Origin: Candidatus Krumholzibacteriota bacterium
GTDB taxonomy: Bacteria; Krumholzibacteriota; Krumholzibacteriia; JAJRXK01
DNA length: 64,000 nucleotides
NCBI GenBank assembly: GCA_963727455.1
Contig: CAVSGG010000007.1
Coordinates: 1 to 64,000, forward strand
Direction of reading: 5' to 3'
Position 1 is the stretch's first letter. Each line of letters begins with the position of its first letter. Under the pieces are notes generated by a model that saw only the letters and a list, made by a program, of their open reading frames with translations, was not told where the DNA came from and made no database searches. The translations under genes were made by a program, and so were the position numbers. Shown one piece after another: positions 8,981-25,875 of this stretch.

Positions 8981-11900
8981 GTGACGGCGAATTTCAAGTT
9001 AGATCCAGTCACTGGTCGCAGGGACTACTCGAAGATCGAATCGAGCTTCGAGATGCCCAACCTCCTAGCTGTCCAGCTGGAGTCGTACAACAATTTCCTT
9101 CAGGTGGGTGTTCCCATCGCGGAGAGAGAGCCCAAGGGTCTGGAAGCGGTCTTCCAGAACATCTTTCCGATTACTTCCACCCGCGGTCATCTCACTCTGG
9201 AGTACCTCCACTATGTCACTGGCGAGGCCAAGTACACGGTGGAGGAGTGCCAGGAGCGAGGACTGAGCTTCTCAGTGCCTCTGAAGGTGCTGATGCGAAT
9301 CATCGTTCGCGAACAGGAAGAGGGCGACAGCGAGTGGAAGCAAAAGGAGATCGTCGAACACACGGTCTACCTGGGTGAGCTACCGCAAATCACCTCCAAG
9401 GGCACCTTCGTGATCAACGGCGCCGAGAGGGTGATCGTCAGTCAGCTGCATCGCAGCCCCGGCGTCTTCTTCGACGACGAAATCCATCCCAACGGAACGC
9501 GTCTCTTCAACGCGCGCATCATTCCCTATCGGGGATCCTGGGTGGAGTTCAGCACCGACATCAACGATGTCATGTACGTGCACATCGATCGCAAGCGGAA
9601 GCAGCCGGTCACCGTGCTCTTGCGCGCTCTCGGTTTCGAGAGGAACGTGGATATCATCAGCCTTTTCCACGAAGTGGAAACGGTCAAGGTGCCCTCTCCC
9701 CGCGCCAAGCGCTATGCGGAGTTGATCGGCCGCTTCGTGGCGGACGACGTCTACGCTCCCGACGCGGGCGACGATGACGAGCCCATCGCGGCTTCCGGTG
9801 GCCAGCTCACCGAAGAGGCGCTGGGCGAGATCACCGAGAAGAAGATCAAGGAAGTCGTCCTCATCAAGAAGGACGCAATCGGTCCCAACGAACCCAGTCT
9901 CATCCTGAACACTCTGGCCAAGGACCCGACGGAGACCAAGGAGGAGGCGCTACGGCGCATCTACGGTGTCTTGCGTCCCGGCGATCCGCCCAACGAGGGT
10001 GCCGCGCGGGCCCTCTTCGAGCGTCTCTTCTTCAACGAAATGAAATACGACCTGGCCGAGGTGGGACGTCACAAGCTCAACCGTCGCCTGGGTCTGGACG
10101 TGCCTCTGGACGTCACCGTGCTCACCGCGGCCGACTTCTTGGCCATCGTGCAGAGCATGATCAACCTCAGGTTGGGCCGCGACGAGACCGACGACATCGA
10201 TCACTTCGGCAACCGCCGGGTGCGCGCCGTCGGCGAATTGCTCTCCAATCAGTTCAGCGTGGGCCTCTCGCGCATGGCGCGTATCGTCAAAGAGCGCATG
10301 AACCTGAGCGACAAGGACAACCTGACTCCGGCCGACCTGGTGAACGCGCGCACGGTGAGCGCCGTCATCCAGTCCTTCTTCGGCAGCAGTCAGCTGAGTC
10401 AGTTCATGGACCAGACCAATCCGCTGAGCGAGATGACGCACAAGCGGCGTCTCTCCGCGCTCGGCCCAGGAGGCCTACACCGTGACCGCGCCGGCTTCGA
10501 GGTGCGCGACGTTCACTATACCCACTATGGACGCATGTGCCCCATCGAGACTCCGGAAGGTCCGAACATCGGTCTCATCTCGAGTCTGAGCACCCTGGCG
10601 CGTATCAACGACTACGGCTTCATCGAGACTCCGTATCGCAAGGTGAAGAACGGCCGCGTGACCGACGAGATCAGCTTCCTCTCCGCCGAGCAGGAAGACG
10701 ATTTCGTCATCGCTCAAGCCAACGCTCCACTGGACGAGAAGGGCGCCTTCGCTCGCGACGGCGTGTTGTCTCGCATCAAGGGTGAGTTCCCGGTGGCGGC
10801 TCCGGAGGACGTGGCCTTCATGGACGTCTCTCCCAAGCAAATCGTCTCGGCTGCCGCTTCGCTCATTCCCTTCCTCGAGCACGACGATGCCAACCGCGCC
10901 CTCATGGGCTGCAACATGCAGCGTCAGGCCGTGCCTCTACTGCGCACCGAGGCGCCGCTCGTGGGTACCGGCATGGAGCACAAGGTCGCGGTGGATTCGG
11001 GTGCGGTCGTGACCGCCCTGGACGACGGCATGGTGGAGACGGTGACCGGCGACAGCGTGGTCATCCGCTACGACAATCTCGAGGACGACGAGACCGGCGA
11101 TTTCTTCTGCGTGGAAGGGATCGTCGAGCATCGTCTGCAGAAGTTCCGCCGCAGTAACCAGGACACCTGCATCAATCAGAAGGCCATCGTACGCAAGGGC
11201 GACCGGGTCAAGAAGGGCCAGGTCATTGCCGACGGGCCGGCCACCAGAGGTGGCGAGCTCGCTCTGGGCGTGAACCTGCTCGTGGCCTTCATGCCCTGGG
11301 GCGGCTACAACTACGAGGACGCCATCCTGGTGAGCGAACGCATGGTCAAGGAAGACCGGCTCACCTCCCTGCACATCGAAGAGTTCGAGCTGCAGGTGCG
11401 CGACACCAAGCGCGGGGTGGAGGAGATCACGCGCGAGATTCCCAACATCGGCGAGGAGGCCCTGCGCAACCTCAACGAGGAGGGAATCGTCTACATCGGC
11501 GCTCAGGTCAAGGCGGGCGACATCCTGGTCGGGAAGGTCACTCCCAAGGGTGAGACCGAACTCTCGCCCGAGGAGCGTCTCTTGCGCGCCATCTTCGGTG
11601 AGAAGGCGGGCGACGTGAAGGACGCGAGTCTGAAGGCGCCTCCGGGCATGGACGGTACGGTCATCGACGTGAAAGTCTTCGGCCGTCAGGAGCGCGGTGA
11701 GCGTTCGAAGAAGAGCGAGAAGCAGGCCATCGAGCGCCTGCGCCGCAAGAAGAACGCCATGCAGCGTCAGGTGCGCGACATTCGGAACAACCGTCTGCGC
11801 CGCACCATGGACGGGCAGACCGCCAAGCAGATCCGCGACCCAGACTCGGCCGAGATTCTGGTGCGGGCCAATACCAAGTTCACTCCCAAGCTGCTCGAGG

Positions 11901-12805
11901 AACTCGACTTCGACCGTATCCACTGGGGCCTGCAGCTCGTGTCGGATTCGGCGGTGGACTTGCGCGTGCGCAACATCTTCGAGAACGCGTATCGCGAGCT
12001 GGAAAAACTCGAGGTTCAGTTCCAGAAGAACGTGGAGAGAGTGCAGCGTGGCGACGAACTGCCCCCCGGAGTGGTGAAGATGGTGAAGGTCTACGTCGCG
12101 CGCCGGCGCAAGCTGCAGGTGGGCGACAAGATGGCCGGCCGTCACGGGAACAAGGGCGTCATCTCGCGCATCATGCGCGAGGAGGACATGCCCTACCTCG
12201 CCGATGGGACGCCGGTGGACATCGTGCTCAACCCGCTTGGCGTGCCCAGCCGTATGAATCTGGGTCAGCTCCTGGAGACGCACCTCGGATGGGCAGCTTA
12301 CGAATCGGGCTTCTCGGCGCAGACACCGGTGTTCGATGGCTGCAGCGTCGAGGAAATCAAGCAGGCTCTGGAAGACGCTCAGCTTCCCACCGACGGAAAG
12401 GCAGTCGTCTACGATGGACGCAGCGGCAACCCCATCGATGAGAAGGTTACCGTAGGCTATATCTACATGCTCAAGCTGAGCCATCTCGTGGAGGACAAGA
12501 TCCACGCGCGGAGCATCGGTCCCTACAGTCTGGTCACGCAGCAGCCGCTGGGGGGCAAGGCTCAGTTCGGTGGACAGCGCTTCGGAGAGATGGAGGTCTG
12601 GGCCCTGGAAGCTTACGGCGCCGCCAACTGCCTCCAGGAGATGCTCACGGTCAAGAGCGATGACGTCACCGGCCGCAGCAAGGTCTACGAGGCCATCGTG
12701 AAGGGTGAGAATCCCCCCGAGCCGGGCATTCCCGAATCGTTCAACGTACTCATGAAGGAGTTGCAGTCGCTTTGTCTCGACGTGCAGCTCGAATCGAACA
12801 GCTAG
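8981..12805 (+). CDS. rpoB: RNA polymerase beta subunit
   Basis: [46 protein letters not shown]. Confidence 0.99.
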   Translation: MTANFKLDPVTGRRDYSKIESSFEMPNLLAVQLESYNNFLQVGVPIAEREPKGLEAVFQNIFPITSTRGHLTLEYLHYVTGEAKYTVEECQERGLSFSVPLKVLMRIIVREQEEGDSEWKQKEIVEHTVYLGELPQITSKGTFVINGAERVIVSQLHRSPGVFFDDEIHPNGTRLFNARIIPYRGSWVEFSTDINDVMYVHIDRKRKQPVTVLLRALGFERNVDIISLFHEVETVKVPSPRAKRYAELIGRFVADDVYAPDAGDDDEPIAASGGQLTEEALGEITEKKIKEVVLIKKDAIGPNEPSLILNTLAKDPTETKEEALRRIYGVLRPGDPPNEGAARALFERLFFNEMKYDLAEVGRHKLNRRLGLDVPLDVTVLTAADFLAIVQSMINLRLGRDETDDIDHFGNRRVRAVGELLSNQFSVGLSRMARIVKERMNLSDKDNLTPADLVNARTVSAVIQSFFGSSQLSQFMDQTNPLSEMTHKRRLSALGPGGLHRDRAGFEVRDVHYTHYGRMCPIETPEGPNIGLISSLSTLARINDYGFIETPYRKVKNGRVTDEISFLSAEQEDDFVIAQANAPLDEKGAFARDGVLSRIKGEFPVAAPEDVAFMDVSPKQIVSAAASLIPFLEHDDANRALMGCNMQRQAVPLLRTEAPLVGTGMEHKVAVDSGAVVTALDDGMVETVTGDSVVIRYDNLEDDETGDFFCVEGIVEHRLQKFRRSNQDTCINQKAIVRKGDRVKKGQVIADGPATRGGELALGVNLLVAFMPWGGYNYEDAILVSERMVKEDRLTSLHIEEFELQVRDTKRGVEEITREIPNIGEEALRNLNEEGIVYIGAQVKAGDILVGKVTPKGETELSPEERLLRAIFGEKAGDVKDASLKAPPGMDGTVIDVKVFGRQERGERSKKSEKQAIERLRRKKNAMQRQVRDIRNNRLRRTMDGQTAKQIRDPDSAEILVRANTKFTPKLLEELDFDRIHWGLQLVSDSAVDLRVRNIFENAYRELEKLEVQFQKNVERVQRGDELPPGVVKMVKVYVARRRKLQVGDKMAGRHGNKGVISRIMREEDMPYLADGTPVDIVLNPLGVPSRMNLGQLLETHLGWAAYESGFSAQTPVFDGCSVEEIKQALEDAQLPTDGKAVVYDGRSGNPIDEKVTVGYIYMLKLSHLVEDKIHARSIGPYSLVTQQPLGGKAQFGGQRFGEMEVWALEAYGAANCLQEMLTVKSDDVTGRSKVYEAIVKGENPPEPGIPESFNVLMKELQSLCLDVQLESNS

Positions 12806-12863
12806 GTCGCAACCAAGTTACCTCGAAGCCACGGCCGCAAGGCCGGGGGAGGATAGGACACAG

Positions 12864-17006
<4,143 letters not shown>

Positions 17007-17056
17007 GTCCACGCGGGGCTCCCCTGGCGGGGGCCGCCACGCGACGGCAGCCGAGC

Positions 17057-17085
17057 TTGACACGGTGCATCTTTCGCCCTACACT
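17057..17085 (+). promoter_or_regulatory. sigma70-type promoter of the str/S10 cluster
   Basis: TTGACA-N17-TACACT upstream of rpsL. Confidence 0.8.
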
Positions 17086-17302
17086 ACTCGTCCGTGTTTG
17101 TGCGAGAAAGAGTGGCTCAAACTCTCTTCCCGCAACACATTGCCACAAAAGGACTTAAAGAGGTCCCTCCGTGGCCGGTCTTCGCCAGTACGGCGGAGAA
17201 TTTTTTGTGATGGAACAGTGATGGAACCGAGTCGGAATCGGGCCGGCCATGTCGGCGGTCCTGATTTCGGGGTCCGAGGATCGAAGCAGAGGAACGGTAG
17301 CT

Positions 17303-17677
17303 TTGCCGACGATCAATCAATTGATCCGCAAGGGTCGCAACAAGAGAACTGGCAAGAGCAAAGCTCCTGCCCTGCAGGGTTGTCCCCAGAGGCGTGGCGT
17401 GTGCACGCGCGTGTATACCAGCACGCCCAAGAAGCCGAACTCGGCGCTGCGCAAGATCGCCCGCGTTCGACTTACCAACGGGGTGGAGGTCACGGCCTAC
17501 ATTCCGGGTGAGGGACACAATCTGCAAGAGCACTCGATCGTGTTGGTTCGCGGGGGCCGCGTGAAGGATCTCCCCGGCGTTCGCTACCACATCGTACGTG
17601 GCACGCTGGACGCTTCGGGGGTCGACGGTCGCCGTAAGGGACGTTCCAAGTACGGGGTAAAGCGTCCGAAGCAATAG
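17303..17677 (+). CDS. rpsL: 30S ribosomal protein S12 (TTG start)
   Basis: [35 protein letters not shown]. Confidence 0.99.
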   Translation: MPTINQLIRKGRNKRTGKSKAPALQGCPQRRGVCTRVYTSTPKKPNSALRKIARVRLTNGVEVTAYIPGEGHNLQEHSIVLVRGGRVKDLPGVRYHIVRGTLDASGVDGRRKGRSKYGVKRPKQ

Positions 17678-17706
17678 GCTGGACGAAGCGTTGAGGAGTA
17701 TCGAAG

Positions 17707-18177
17707 ATGGCGCGACGCCGAGCGGCTGAAAAGCGTAAGTTGCTTCCGGACTACAAGTACAACGATGTGGTGGTCACCCGCTTCATCAATTACCTCATGC
17801 GTCGGGGCAAGCGTACCCTGGCCGAGAGAATGTTTTACAAGTCGCTGGATCTCGTCACGGAGCGGACGGGGCAGGAAGGCATCGAGGTCTTCCGCACCGC
17901 CCTTCGGAACGTCCAGCCTGGGCTCGAGGTCAAGAGCCGCCGCATCGGAGGGGCCACCTATCAGGTCCCGGTCGAGATCAAGAACGAGCGGCGGGTCATG
18001 CTGGGAATGCGCTGGATCATTGGCTTCTCACGGGAGCGCAATGAGCACAGTTTTCCCGAGCGTCTGGCCTCGGAGCTGATCGCCGCGAGCAAGAACGAAG
18101 GACCGTCTATCAAGAAGCGCGAGGATACTCACCGCATGGCAGAGGCCAACCGAGCCTTCGCACACTGCCGCTGGTAA
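17707..18177 (+). CDS. rpsG: 30S ribosomal protein S7
   Basis: EVKSRRIGGATYQVP, HRMAEANRAFAH. Confidence 0.99.
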   Translation: MARRRAAEKRKLLPDYKYNDVVVTRFINYLMRRGKRTLAERMFYKSLDLVTERTGQEGIEVFRTALRNVQPGLEVKSRRIGGATYQVPVEIKNERRVMLGMRWIIGFSRERNEHSFPERLASELIAASKNEGPSIKKREDTHRMAEANRAFAHCRW

Positions 18178-18324
18178 AGGTCTTTCGTTCGGCTACAGAG
18201 CGCTTCTATGCCGGTGCTGCCTAAAGCCCGGTGGGAATGAACAAAACGAGTGGTTCGCCGAGTGCGTGGCAGGAGACCCCTGGATTTGGGTGGTTTCCTC
18301 CGTGCGCGAATGAGGAGAACGAAC

Positions 18325-20406
18325 GTGGCGCGCAAGATCGCCCTGGAAAAGGTACGCAACATCGGCATCATGGCGCACATCGATGCCGGTAAGACGACTA
18401 CGACCGAGCGTATCCTTTATTACACCGGGCGCACCCACAGAATGGGAGAGGTTCACGAGGGCGCCGCCGTCATGGACTGGATGGAGCAGGAGAAGGAGCG
18501 GGGGATCACCATCACTTCCGCCGCCACCACCTGCTTCTGGCGCGAGCACCGCGTGAACATCATCGACACCCCGGGTCACGTCGACTTCACGGTCGAGGTG
18601 GAACGCAGCCTGCGCGTGCTCGACGGCGCGATCGCCGTGTTCTGCGCGGTGGGGGGAGTCGAGCCGCAGAGCGAGACCGTGTGGCGCCAGGCCGACAAGT
18701 ACAAGGTGAGCCGTATCGCATTCATCAACAAGATGGATCGCGTCGGCGCCAATTTCGCGCGTTCGGTCCAGATGATCCAGGACCGGCTCGGCGCCAACGC
18801 CGTGCCCATCACGATTCCGGTGGGCTCGGGCGAGCTCTTCACCGGCGTGATCGATCTCATTCGCATGAAGGCCATCTCCTGGAACGAGGAGAACCAGGGC
18901 CTCACCTTCGACGTCTACGAAATTCCCGAAGATCTCATGGCGGGGGCGAACGGCGCGCGGAAGAAGTTGCTGGAGTCGGTCGCGGAGGTGGACGAGGAGT
19001 TCTTCGAGCTCTACGCGCGCGACGCTGAAATCAGCACCGCGCAGCTCATCGCCGCCATTCGCCGCGCCACCTTGGGTGCGCTCTTCGTCCCGGTGCTGTG
19101 CGGAAGCGCTTTCAAGAACAAGGGAATTCAACTCCTGCTGGACGCCATCGTCGACTTCTTGCCGAGTCCCAGCGATCTGGGCGGAGTCGACGGGGTGCAT
19201 CCTTCGAGCGAGAAGATCCTGCACCTCAACGCCGCCGACGAAGAACCCCTCTCCGCCTTGGCCTTCAAGATCATGACCGATCCCTACGTGGGCCGGCTGG
19301 CCTTCCTGCGGATCTACAGCGGAACCCTGAAGGCGGGGGGACAGGCCTTCAACGCCACCAAGGACACCAAGCAGCGCATCGGGCGCATCCTGCAGATGCA
19401 CGCCAACAAGCGCGAAGAGAAGGAAGAGGCCTACGCGGGCGACATCGTGGCCATCGTCGGGATTCAAGGACATCACCACCGGCGATACCCTCTGCAGTCG
19501 CGAGAAGCCCATCCTGCTGGAGCAGATGAAGTTCCCCGAGCCGGTGATCTCGGTGGCGGTGGAGCCCAAGAGCAAGGCCGACGAGGAAAAGCTCTCCGAG
19601 GCCCTCTCGCGCCTCGCGGAAGAGGATCCCACGTTCGTGGTGAAGATCGACGAGGAAACGGGACAGACCATCATCAGCGGCATGGGCGAACTCCACTTGG
19701 AGATCCTGGTGGACCGCGCCCTGCGCGAATTCAAGGTGGCGGCGAACGTCGGCCGTCCGCAGGTGAGCTATCGCGAGACCGTCACCACCGTGGCCGAGGC
19801 CGAAGCCAAGTACGCCCACCAGTCGGGCGGCCAGGGGCAGTATGCGCACGTCAAGGTGCGCATCGAGCCGCGCCGAATAGCGAGCGCGGCGTGCTCTTCG
19901 CCAGCGAGGTCAAGGCTGGCGACATTCCGCGCGAGTACATTCCCGCGGTGGAAAAGGGCGTGCGCGAGGCGGCGAAGGCCGGGGTGTTGGCCGGCTACTC
20001 GCTGATCAACGTGAAGTTGACTCTGCTCGGCGGCGACTGGCACGAAGTCGACAGCAACGAAATCGCATTCAAGGTGGCGGGCGCCATGGCGCTGCGCGAA
20101 GTCGCGCGCAAGGCGCAGCCGACACTTCTCGAGCCGGTCATGAACGTGGAGATCGTGGTGCCTCCGCAGTACACCGGCCAGGTCACCGGCGACCTGAACA
20201 GTCGCCGCGGAAAGATCGCGGGCATGTTGCCTCGCGACGATGCTCAAGTACTCGCGGCCTCGGTACCGCTGGCCGAAATGTTCGGCTACGCGACGCAGCT
20301 GAGATCTCTCACTCAGGGCCGCGCTGTGTATTCCATGGAGTTCGCGAAGTACGAGCGGGCTCCCAAGAAGGTCATAGATCGAATCGCGCACGGCGTCGTG
20401 TCCTGA
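18325..20406 (+). CDS. fusA: elongation factor G (compensating indels near 19465 and 19870)
   Basis: [23 protein letters not shown]; domain III (FPEPVI, EEDPTF, GMGELHL) sits in the 19526..20005 frame. Confidence 0.98.
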   Translation: MARKIALEKVRNIGIMAHIDAGKTTTTERILYYTGRTHRMGEVHEGAAVMDWMEQEKERGITITSAATTCFWREHRVNIIDTPGHVDFTVEVERSLRVLDGAIAVFCAVGGVEPQSETVWRQADKYKVSRIAFINKMDRVGANFARSVQMIQDRLGANAVPITIPVGSGELFTGVIDLIRMKAISWNEENQGLTFDVYEIPEDLMAGANGARKKLLESVAEVDEEFFELYARDAEISTAQLIAAIRRATLGALFVPVLCGSAFKNKGIQLLLDAIVDFLPSPSDLGGVDGVHPSSEKILHLNAADEEPLSALAFKIMTDPYVGRLAFLRIYSGTLKAGGQAFNATKDTKQRIGRILQMHANKREEKEEAYAGDIVAIVGIQGHHHRRYPLQSREAHPAGADEVPRAGDLGGGGAQEQGRRGKALRGPLAPRGRGSHVRGEDRRGNGTDHHQRHGRTPLGDPGGPRPARIQGGGERRPSAGELSRDRHHRGRGRSQVRPPVGRPGAVCARQGAHRAAPNSERGVLFASEVKAGDIPREYIPAVEKGVREAAKAGVLAGYSLINVKLTLLGGDWHEVDSNEIAFKVAGAMALREVARKAQPTLLEPVMNVEIVVPPQYTGQVTGDLNSRRGKIAGMLPRDDAQVLAASVPLAEMFGYATQLRSLTQGRAVYSMEFAKYERAPKKVIDRIAHGVVS

Positions 20407-20469
20407 GGATCACGACGCCGTCAGAATGGACCCCGCGGTCGAAACGGGAGAACGGAAAGGTAGAGAGTC

Positions 20470-21664
20470 ATGGCTCGTCAGAAGTTCGAGCGCACGAAGG
20501 AGCACGTGAACGTAGGGACGATAGGTCACGTGGATCATGGGAAGACGACCTTGACGGCAGCGATCACGAAGACTTTGGCAGCCAAGGGATTGGCGGACTT
20601 CACGCCGTTCGATCAGATCGACAAGGCTCCGGAGGAGCGGGAGCGCGGGATCACGATTGCGACGGCGCACGTGGAGTACCAGAGCGAGACGCGTCATTAC
20701 GCGCACGTGGACTGTCCTGGTCACGCGGACTACGTGAAGAACATGATCACCGGAGCCGCGCAGATGGATGGTGCGGTGCTGGTGGTGAGTGCGGCGGACG
20801 GTCCGATGCCTCAGACGCGCGAGCACATTTTGTTGGCGCGCCAGGTGGGTGTTCCCTACATCGTGGTGTTTTTGAACAAGACGGACATGGTGGATGACGA
20901 GGAGTTGTTGGAGCTGGTGGAGCTCGAGGTACGGGAGTTGTTGAGCCAGTACGAGTTTCCCGGGGACGAGATTCCGATCATCAAGGGGAGCGCGTTGAAG
21001 GCTTTGGAGAGTTCGGATCCCGACGCTGCGGAGTGCAAGTGCATATTCGAGTTGTTGGAGGCTCTGGACACCTACGTGCCGACTCCTCAGCGGGATTTGG
21101 ACAAGCCGTTCTTGATGCCGGTGGAGGATATTTTCTCGATCACCGGACGCGGGACGGTGGCGACGGGGCGTATCGAGCGTGGCCGGGTGAACACGGGCGA
21201 CAAGGTCGAGATCGTGGGGATTCGGGACACGCAGAAGACAGTGTGCACGGGAGTGGAGATGTTCCGCAAGATCCTGGACGAGGGTCAGGCCGGGGACAAC
21301 GTGGGGTCTGTTGCTTCGCGGGATGGACAAGAGCGACGTGGAGCGCGGGATGGTGGTGTGCGCGCCCGGGAGCGTGACCCCGCACACGAAGTTCAAGGGT
21401 GAGGTTTACATTTTGACCAAGGAGGAGGGCGGCCGTCACACGCCTTTCTTCACGGGTTATCGTCCTCAGTTCTATTTTCGGACGACGGACGTGACGGGCA
21501 CGGCGGAGCTTCCGGAGGGACGGGAGATGGTGATGCCCGGAGACAACGTGACGATGGACATCAATTTGATCACGCCGATCGCCATGGAAGATGGGCTGCG
21601 CTTCGCGATTCGCGAGGGCGGCCGCACCGTGGGCGCCGGCGTCGTCACCGAAATCATCGAGTAG
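20470..21664 (+). CDS. tuf: elongation factor Tu (copy 2; +1 indel near 21308)
   Basis: Near-identical to 4042..5235; split across ORFs 20470..21402 and 21311..21664. Confidence 0.98.
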
Positions 21665-21667
21665 GGC
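20470..21667 (+). repeat. about 1.2 kb direct repeat of 4042-5238 (tuf duplication)
   Basis: Sequences match apart from scattered synonymous differences and one indel. Confidence 0.97.
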
Positions 21668-21733
21668 CTTTGGCCCGGATTCTTCGCGGGCGAGACCAGG
21701 AGTTTGCATCTCCGGAAGTCGGCAGGAGGAAAG

Positions 21734-22042
21734 ATGGCGCGTCAGAAGATCCGAATTCGCCTCAAGGCGTACGAGGCCTCCACCTTGGACCGTTCGGCCC
21801 AGGTCATTTGCGAGACGGCTCGCAAAACTGGAGCTGAAATCAAGGGGCCGGTGCCTTTGCCGACGCGGCGGTCGGTGTATACCGTCTTGCGTTCCCCGCA
21901 TGCGGACAAGAAGTCGCGGGAGCAATTCGAGATCAGAGTGCACAAGAGGCTCATCGATATCGTCAATTCCACGAACCAAACGGTGGATGCTCTGATGAAG
22001 CTGAATCTGCCGGCCGGCGTGGACATCGAGCTGAAAGTCTGA
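21734..22042 (+). CDS. rpsJ: 30S ribosomal protein S10
   Basis: [25 protein letters not shown]. Confidence 0.99.
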   Translation: MARQKIRIRLKAYEASTLDRSAQVICETARKTGAEIKGPVPLPTRRSVYTVLRSPHADKKSREQFEIRVHKRLIDIVNSTNQTVDALMKLNLPAGVDIELKV

Positions 22043-22086
22043 GTCGGAAGAAACGGAGGCTTTCGCCTCGACCGAGGAGAACGGGT

Positions 22087-22713
22087 ATGAAAGGTCTGAT
22101 CGGAAAGAAAATGGGAATGACGCGGGTCTTCGACGAAGACGGCCGCTCCATTCCGGTCACCGTGCTCGAGTGCGGTCCGTGTCCGATTACGCAGATCAAG
22201 ACGAACGAGAAGGATGGCTATCAGGCCCTGCAGCTGGGTTTCGGCGCGGATCGGAAAGAGAAGCGGACCCCCAAGCCCTTGTTGGGTCATCTGGCCAAGA
22301 GCGGGAGCGGGCCGCAGCGAATGCTGCGCGAGTTCCGCGTGAACGATCTGGAGGGCTACGCTCTGGGCCAAAAGCTCACGGTCGAACTCTTCGATGGCAT
22401 TGCCAAGGTGACGGTTACGGGAATCTCCAAGGGTCGCGGATTCGCCGGCGTGATCCGCCGCTACAATTTTCAGCGCGGCCGCGAGACCCACGGTAGCCAT
22501 AACCACCGCGTACCGGGCTCGATCGGAGCTTGCGCCACTCCTTCCCGCGTGTTTCGCGGAAAGAAAATGCCGGGCCGCATGGGCAACGACAGGGTCTCGG
22601 TCAAGAACCTGGAAGTCGTGCGGATCGACAAGGAGAACAATCTCCTCTTCGTGAAGGGCGCGGTCCCGGGAACGCGCAATGGATTCATTCTGGTCAACGC
22701 GATTTCGGCGTAG
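22087..22713 (+). CDS. rplC: 50S ribosomal protein L3
   Basis: GKKMGMT, SKGRGFAGVIRR, HRVPGSIG. Confidence 0.99.
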   Translation: MKGLIGKKMGMTRVFDEDGRSIPVTVLECGPCPITQIKTNEKDGYQALQLGFGADRKEKRTPKPLLGHLAKSGSGPQRMLREFRVNDLEGYALGQKLTVELFDGIAKVTVTGISKGRGFAGVIRRYNFQRGRETHGSHNHRVPGSIGACATPSRVFRGKKMPGRMGNDRVSVKNLEVVRIDKENNLLFVKGAVPGTRNGFILVNAISA

Positions 22714-22745
22714 GCCGCAGAAAGTTAGAACCGGAGGACGCTGTC

Positions 22746-23377
22746 ATGGCTACGGCCAAGCGATTCAACGAGAGCGGTGAAGGAGGAAGCGCGGTCGAGC
22801 TCAGCGACGAGCTCTTCGGCGCCGAAATCCACGAGCAGGCTCTCTACGAGACGGTCAAGAGCTACCTAGCGCATCAGCGGCAGGGCACGGCCAAGACCAA
22901 GGAGCGTGGTGAGGTCGTCTTTCTCCACCGCCAAGCTCTTTCGTCAGAAGGGAACCGGCCGCGCGCGCGCGGGATCGATGAAGTCTCCGGTGCGTGAGGG
23001 CGGTGGCACCGTCTTTGGACCGAAGCCGCGCAGCTTCCGCACCAATCTCAATCGCAAGACGCGACAGCTTGCTCTGCGCTCGGCATTGAGCGATCGAGCC
23101 CGATTTGGGTGAGGTCTACGTGGTGGAGAATCCGAGTTTGGATGCCCCGAAGACCAAGGCGGCCGCGGCCATGTTTTCGAAGATGGGCCTGATGGGACGC
23201 ACGGTGCTCGTGGTCACTTCGACCAAGGACGATACTTTCTACCGCTCGGTGCGGAACCTCGAGCAGGTAGACGTGATCCCGGCCAGCCAACTCAATGCCT
23301 ATCGCGTGCTGCGAAGCGAATGTCTCGTATTGACCGAAGAGGCACTCGCGCGTGTCGGGGAGGTGTTCGGGTCATGA
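22746..23377 (+). CDS. rplD: 50S ribosomal protein L4 (two indels)
   Basis: [13 protein letters not shown] / [15 protein letters not shown]...[11 protein letters not shown] / PKTK in successive frames. Confidence 0.96.
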
Positions 23378-23664
23378 AGGATCTGAGCCAGGTGCTCATT
23401 CGTCCGGTGGTGACCGAGAAGACCACGGACATCAGTGAGCAGACCAACAAGTATGTGTTCGAGGTCGCTATTGCGGCCAACAAGCACGAAATCCGCCAAG
23501 CGGTGGAGAAGTTCTTCGGTGTGAAGGTGCTCGACGTGCGGACGATGCGGATGCACGGAAAGCCCAAGCGCATGGGCCGCTACCAGGGACGCCGTCCCAA
23601 CTGGAAGAAGGCAATCGTGACGCTGCAGACCGACGACAAAATCGATCTCTTCGACCTGGTTTAG
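23374..23664 (+). CDS. rplW: 50S ribosomal protein L23
   Basis: RPVVTEK, ANKHEIRQAVE, WKKAIVTL. Confidence 0.98.
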   Translation: MKDLSQVLIRPVVTEKTTDISEQTNKYVFEVAIAANKHEIRQAVEKFFGVKVLDVRTMRMHGKPKRMGRYQGRRPNWKKAIVTLQTDDKIDLFDLV

Positions 23665-23695
23665 CGCGGGCTGATCAAGGGGGAGAAGGAATCCC

Positions 23696-24526
23696 ATGGG
23701 GATCAAGAAATTCAAGCCGGTGACCCCGACACTCCGCTATCGGACGGTGTCGGACTTTACCGAAATCACCAGAAGCAAGCCCGAGAAGTCTCTGCTTGCC
23801 CCTTTGAACAAGTCGGGCGGACGGAACAATCGGGGGCGCATTACCTCTCGCCACCGCGGTGGAGGGCATAAGCGGCGCTATCGCGTGATCGATTTCAAGC
23901 GTAACAAGCTGAACATCGAGGCCAGGGTCGCCACCATCGAGTACGACCCGAATCGCAGCGCCCGTATCGCCCTCCTGCACTACGTGGACGGGGAGAAACG
24001 GTACATCGTGATGCCGAAGGGGCTTGGAAGTGGGCATGACCCTTCTGGCGGGCGAGAACGCTCCCTTCAGCGTGGGTAACGCGATGCCTCTGTGGCGCAT
24101 TCCCTTTGGGAACGCTGGTGCACAACATCGAACTCAAACCCGGCCGCGGCGGGCAGATCGCGCGCAGCGCCGGGAGCTATGCTCAGGTGATGGCCAAGGA
24201 AGGGTCCTTGATCACCCTACGGCTGCCCAGCAACGAAGTTCGCATGGTGCACCGCAGCTGTTACGCCACGATTGGTGAAGTTGGCAACGCCGATCACGAG
24301 AACGTCGTGGTCGGGCAAGGCGGGCAAGAGCCGCTGGCTGGGCAAGCGTCCCCACGTGCGCGGGGTCGCGATGAACCCAGTGGACCACCCCATGGGCGGT
24401 GGCGAGGGCAAGAGCTCGGGTGGACGCCACCCATGTTCTCCCTGGGGCCAACCGGCCAAGGGAAAGAAGACCCGCAAGCATCAGCCTTCGGACCGATTCA
24501 TCGTCCGTCGTCGGAAAGTCAAGTAG
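23696..24526 (+). CDS. rplB: 50S ribosomal protein L2 (several indels)
   Basis: [47 protein letters not shown] across frames. Confidence 0.97.
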
Positions 24527-24541
24527 TCAGGAGAGCCGCAG

Positions 24542-24811
24542 ATGCCGAGATCGATCAAAAAAGGCCCCTGGATCGAGGATTCGCTTCTCAAGAAAGTCGA
24601 GGCCCTCAATTCCAAGGGTGAGAAGAAGGTCATCAGGACCTGGGCGCGTGGAAGCATGGTGGTGCCGGAATTTCTCGGGCACACCCTCGCGGTCCACAAC
24701 GGCAAGCAGTTCGTCCCGGTGTACATCCAGGAGAACATGGTGGGTCACAAGCTAGGTGAATTCGCACCCTCGAGGATCTACCGCGGACACACCAGCAAGG
24801 GCAAGAAGTAG
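24542..24811 (+). CDS. rpsS: 30S ribosomal protein S19
   Basis: [20 protein letters not shown]. Confidence 0.99.
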   Translation: MPRSIKKGPWIEDSLLKKVEALNSKGEKKVIRTWARGSMVVPEFLGHTLAVHNGKQFVPVYIQENMVGHKLGEFAPSRIYRGHTSKGKK

Positions 24812-24825
24812 CAGGAGGTAGAGCC

Positions 24826-25182
24826 ATGGAAGCCAGAGCGGTTTCCCGCTTCAACACGATCTCCGCGCGGAAGGCCCGATTGGTGGCGGATCTCGTGCGG
24901 GGCAAGGACGTGGAAGAGGCAGTTCATCTGCTCTCTCTCACTCCGAAGAAGGCAGCACCCATGATTCAGAAGATCATCCTGGCCGCGGTTGCCAACGCCC
25001 GGGTGTCGGCCGAGGAAACCACTGCGGTGAGCGACGAGGACTTCATCATTCGCGATATCAGGGTGGATGAGGGTCCGACCCAGAAGAGAATTCGTCCCCG
25101 CGCTCAGGGACGCGCGTACCGGATTCGCAAGAGGACCAGTCACATTTCGGTCATCGTGAGCGCCGCGGACAAAAAGGCGTAG
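24826..25182 (+). CDS. rplV: 50S ribosomal protein L22
   Basis: SARKARLVADLVRG, RPRAQGRAYRIRKRTSHI. Confidence 0.99.
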   Translation: MEARAVSRFNTISARKARLVADLVRGKDVEEAVHLLSLTPKKAAPMIQKIILAAVANARVSAEETTAVSDEDFIIRDIRVDEGPTQKRIRPRAQGRAYRIRKRTSHISVIVSAADKKA

Positions 25183-25201
25183 GAGAAAGCAGGTTTATTC
25201 A

Positions 25202-25873
25202 ATGGGTCAGAAGACACATCCTACCGGGTTTCGTCTCGGGATCATCGGGGATTGGAACTCGAAGTGGTTCGCATCGAAGAACTACGCCGACTGGCTCGAA
25301 GAGGATGTCAAGATTCGCAAACTCATCGATTCGACGGTGGGTAACGCGGGAATCGCCAACATCAAGATTCAGCGCGAGCCCCACAAGGTCACGGTGACTC
25401 TGCGGACCAGCCGTCCCGGCGTGGTCATCGGCCGTAAGGGCAAGACGGTGGACGAGCTGCGGACCAGGATGCAGAAACTGACTGGAAAGTCCATCACGCT
25501 CGACGTGAAGGAAGTCAAGAAGCCGGAGCTGTGCTCCGTGCTGGTGGCCGAACACATCGCGCACCAACTCACCCAACGCGTCAGCTTCCGGCGCGCGATG
25601 AAGAAGGCAATCGCCACCTCGATGCGGATGGGCGCCAAGGGAATCAAGATTCGCTGCGGTGGTCGGTTGGGCGGAGCGGAAATGGGCCGGGTAGAGAACT
25701 ACAAGGACGGCAGCGTGCCTTTGCACACACTGCGCGCCGACATCGACTACGGAACCGCGACGGCGCGCACCACTTACGGCGCGATCGGCGTAAAGGTCTG
25801 GATCTGCAAAGGGGAAATCTTCCCGGCTGACTTCAAGAAGCAGCTGGCAAACGAGGTTCAGGAGGCGAGCTAG
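25202..25873 (+). CDS. rpsC: 30S ribosomal protein S3
   Basis: [24 protein letters not shown]. Confidence 0.99.
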   Translation: MGQKTHPTGFRLGIIGDWNSKWFASKNYADWLEEDVKIRKLIDSTVGNAGIANIKIQREPHKVTVTLRTSRPGVVIGRKGKTVDELRTRMQKLTGKSITLDVKEVKKPELCSVLVAEHIAHQLTQRVSFRRAMKKAIATSMRMGAKGIKIRCGGRLGGAEMGRVENYKDGSVPLHTLRADIDYGTATARTTYGAIGVKVWICKGEIFPADFKKQLANEVQEAS

Positions 25874-25875
25874 CC

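Noticed and set aside
10370-10475. Rifampicin-resistance substitutions in RpoB and streptomycin resistance in S12
   Set aside because: [21 protein letters not shown] keeps the sensitive D, H and S residues; S12 keeps both lysines
18325-24526. Programmed frameshifting or pseudogenes in fusA, rplD and rplB
   Set aside because: No consistent slippery sites, and indels scatter across unrelated essential genes; sequencing error is simpler
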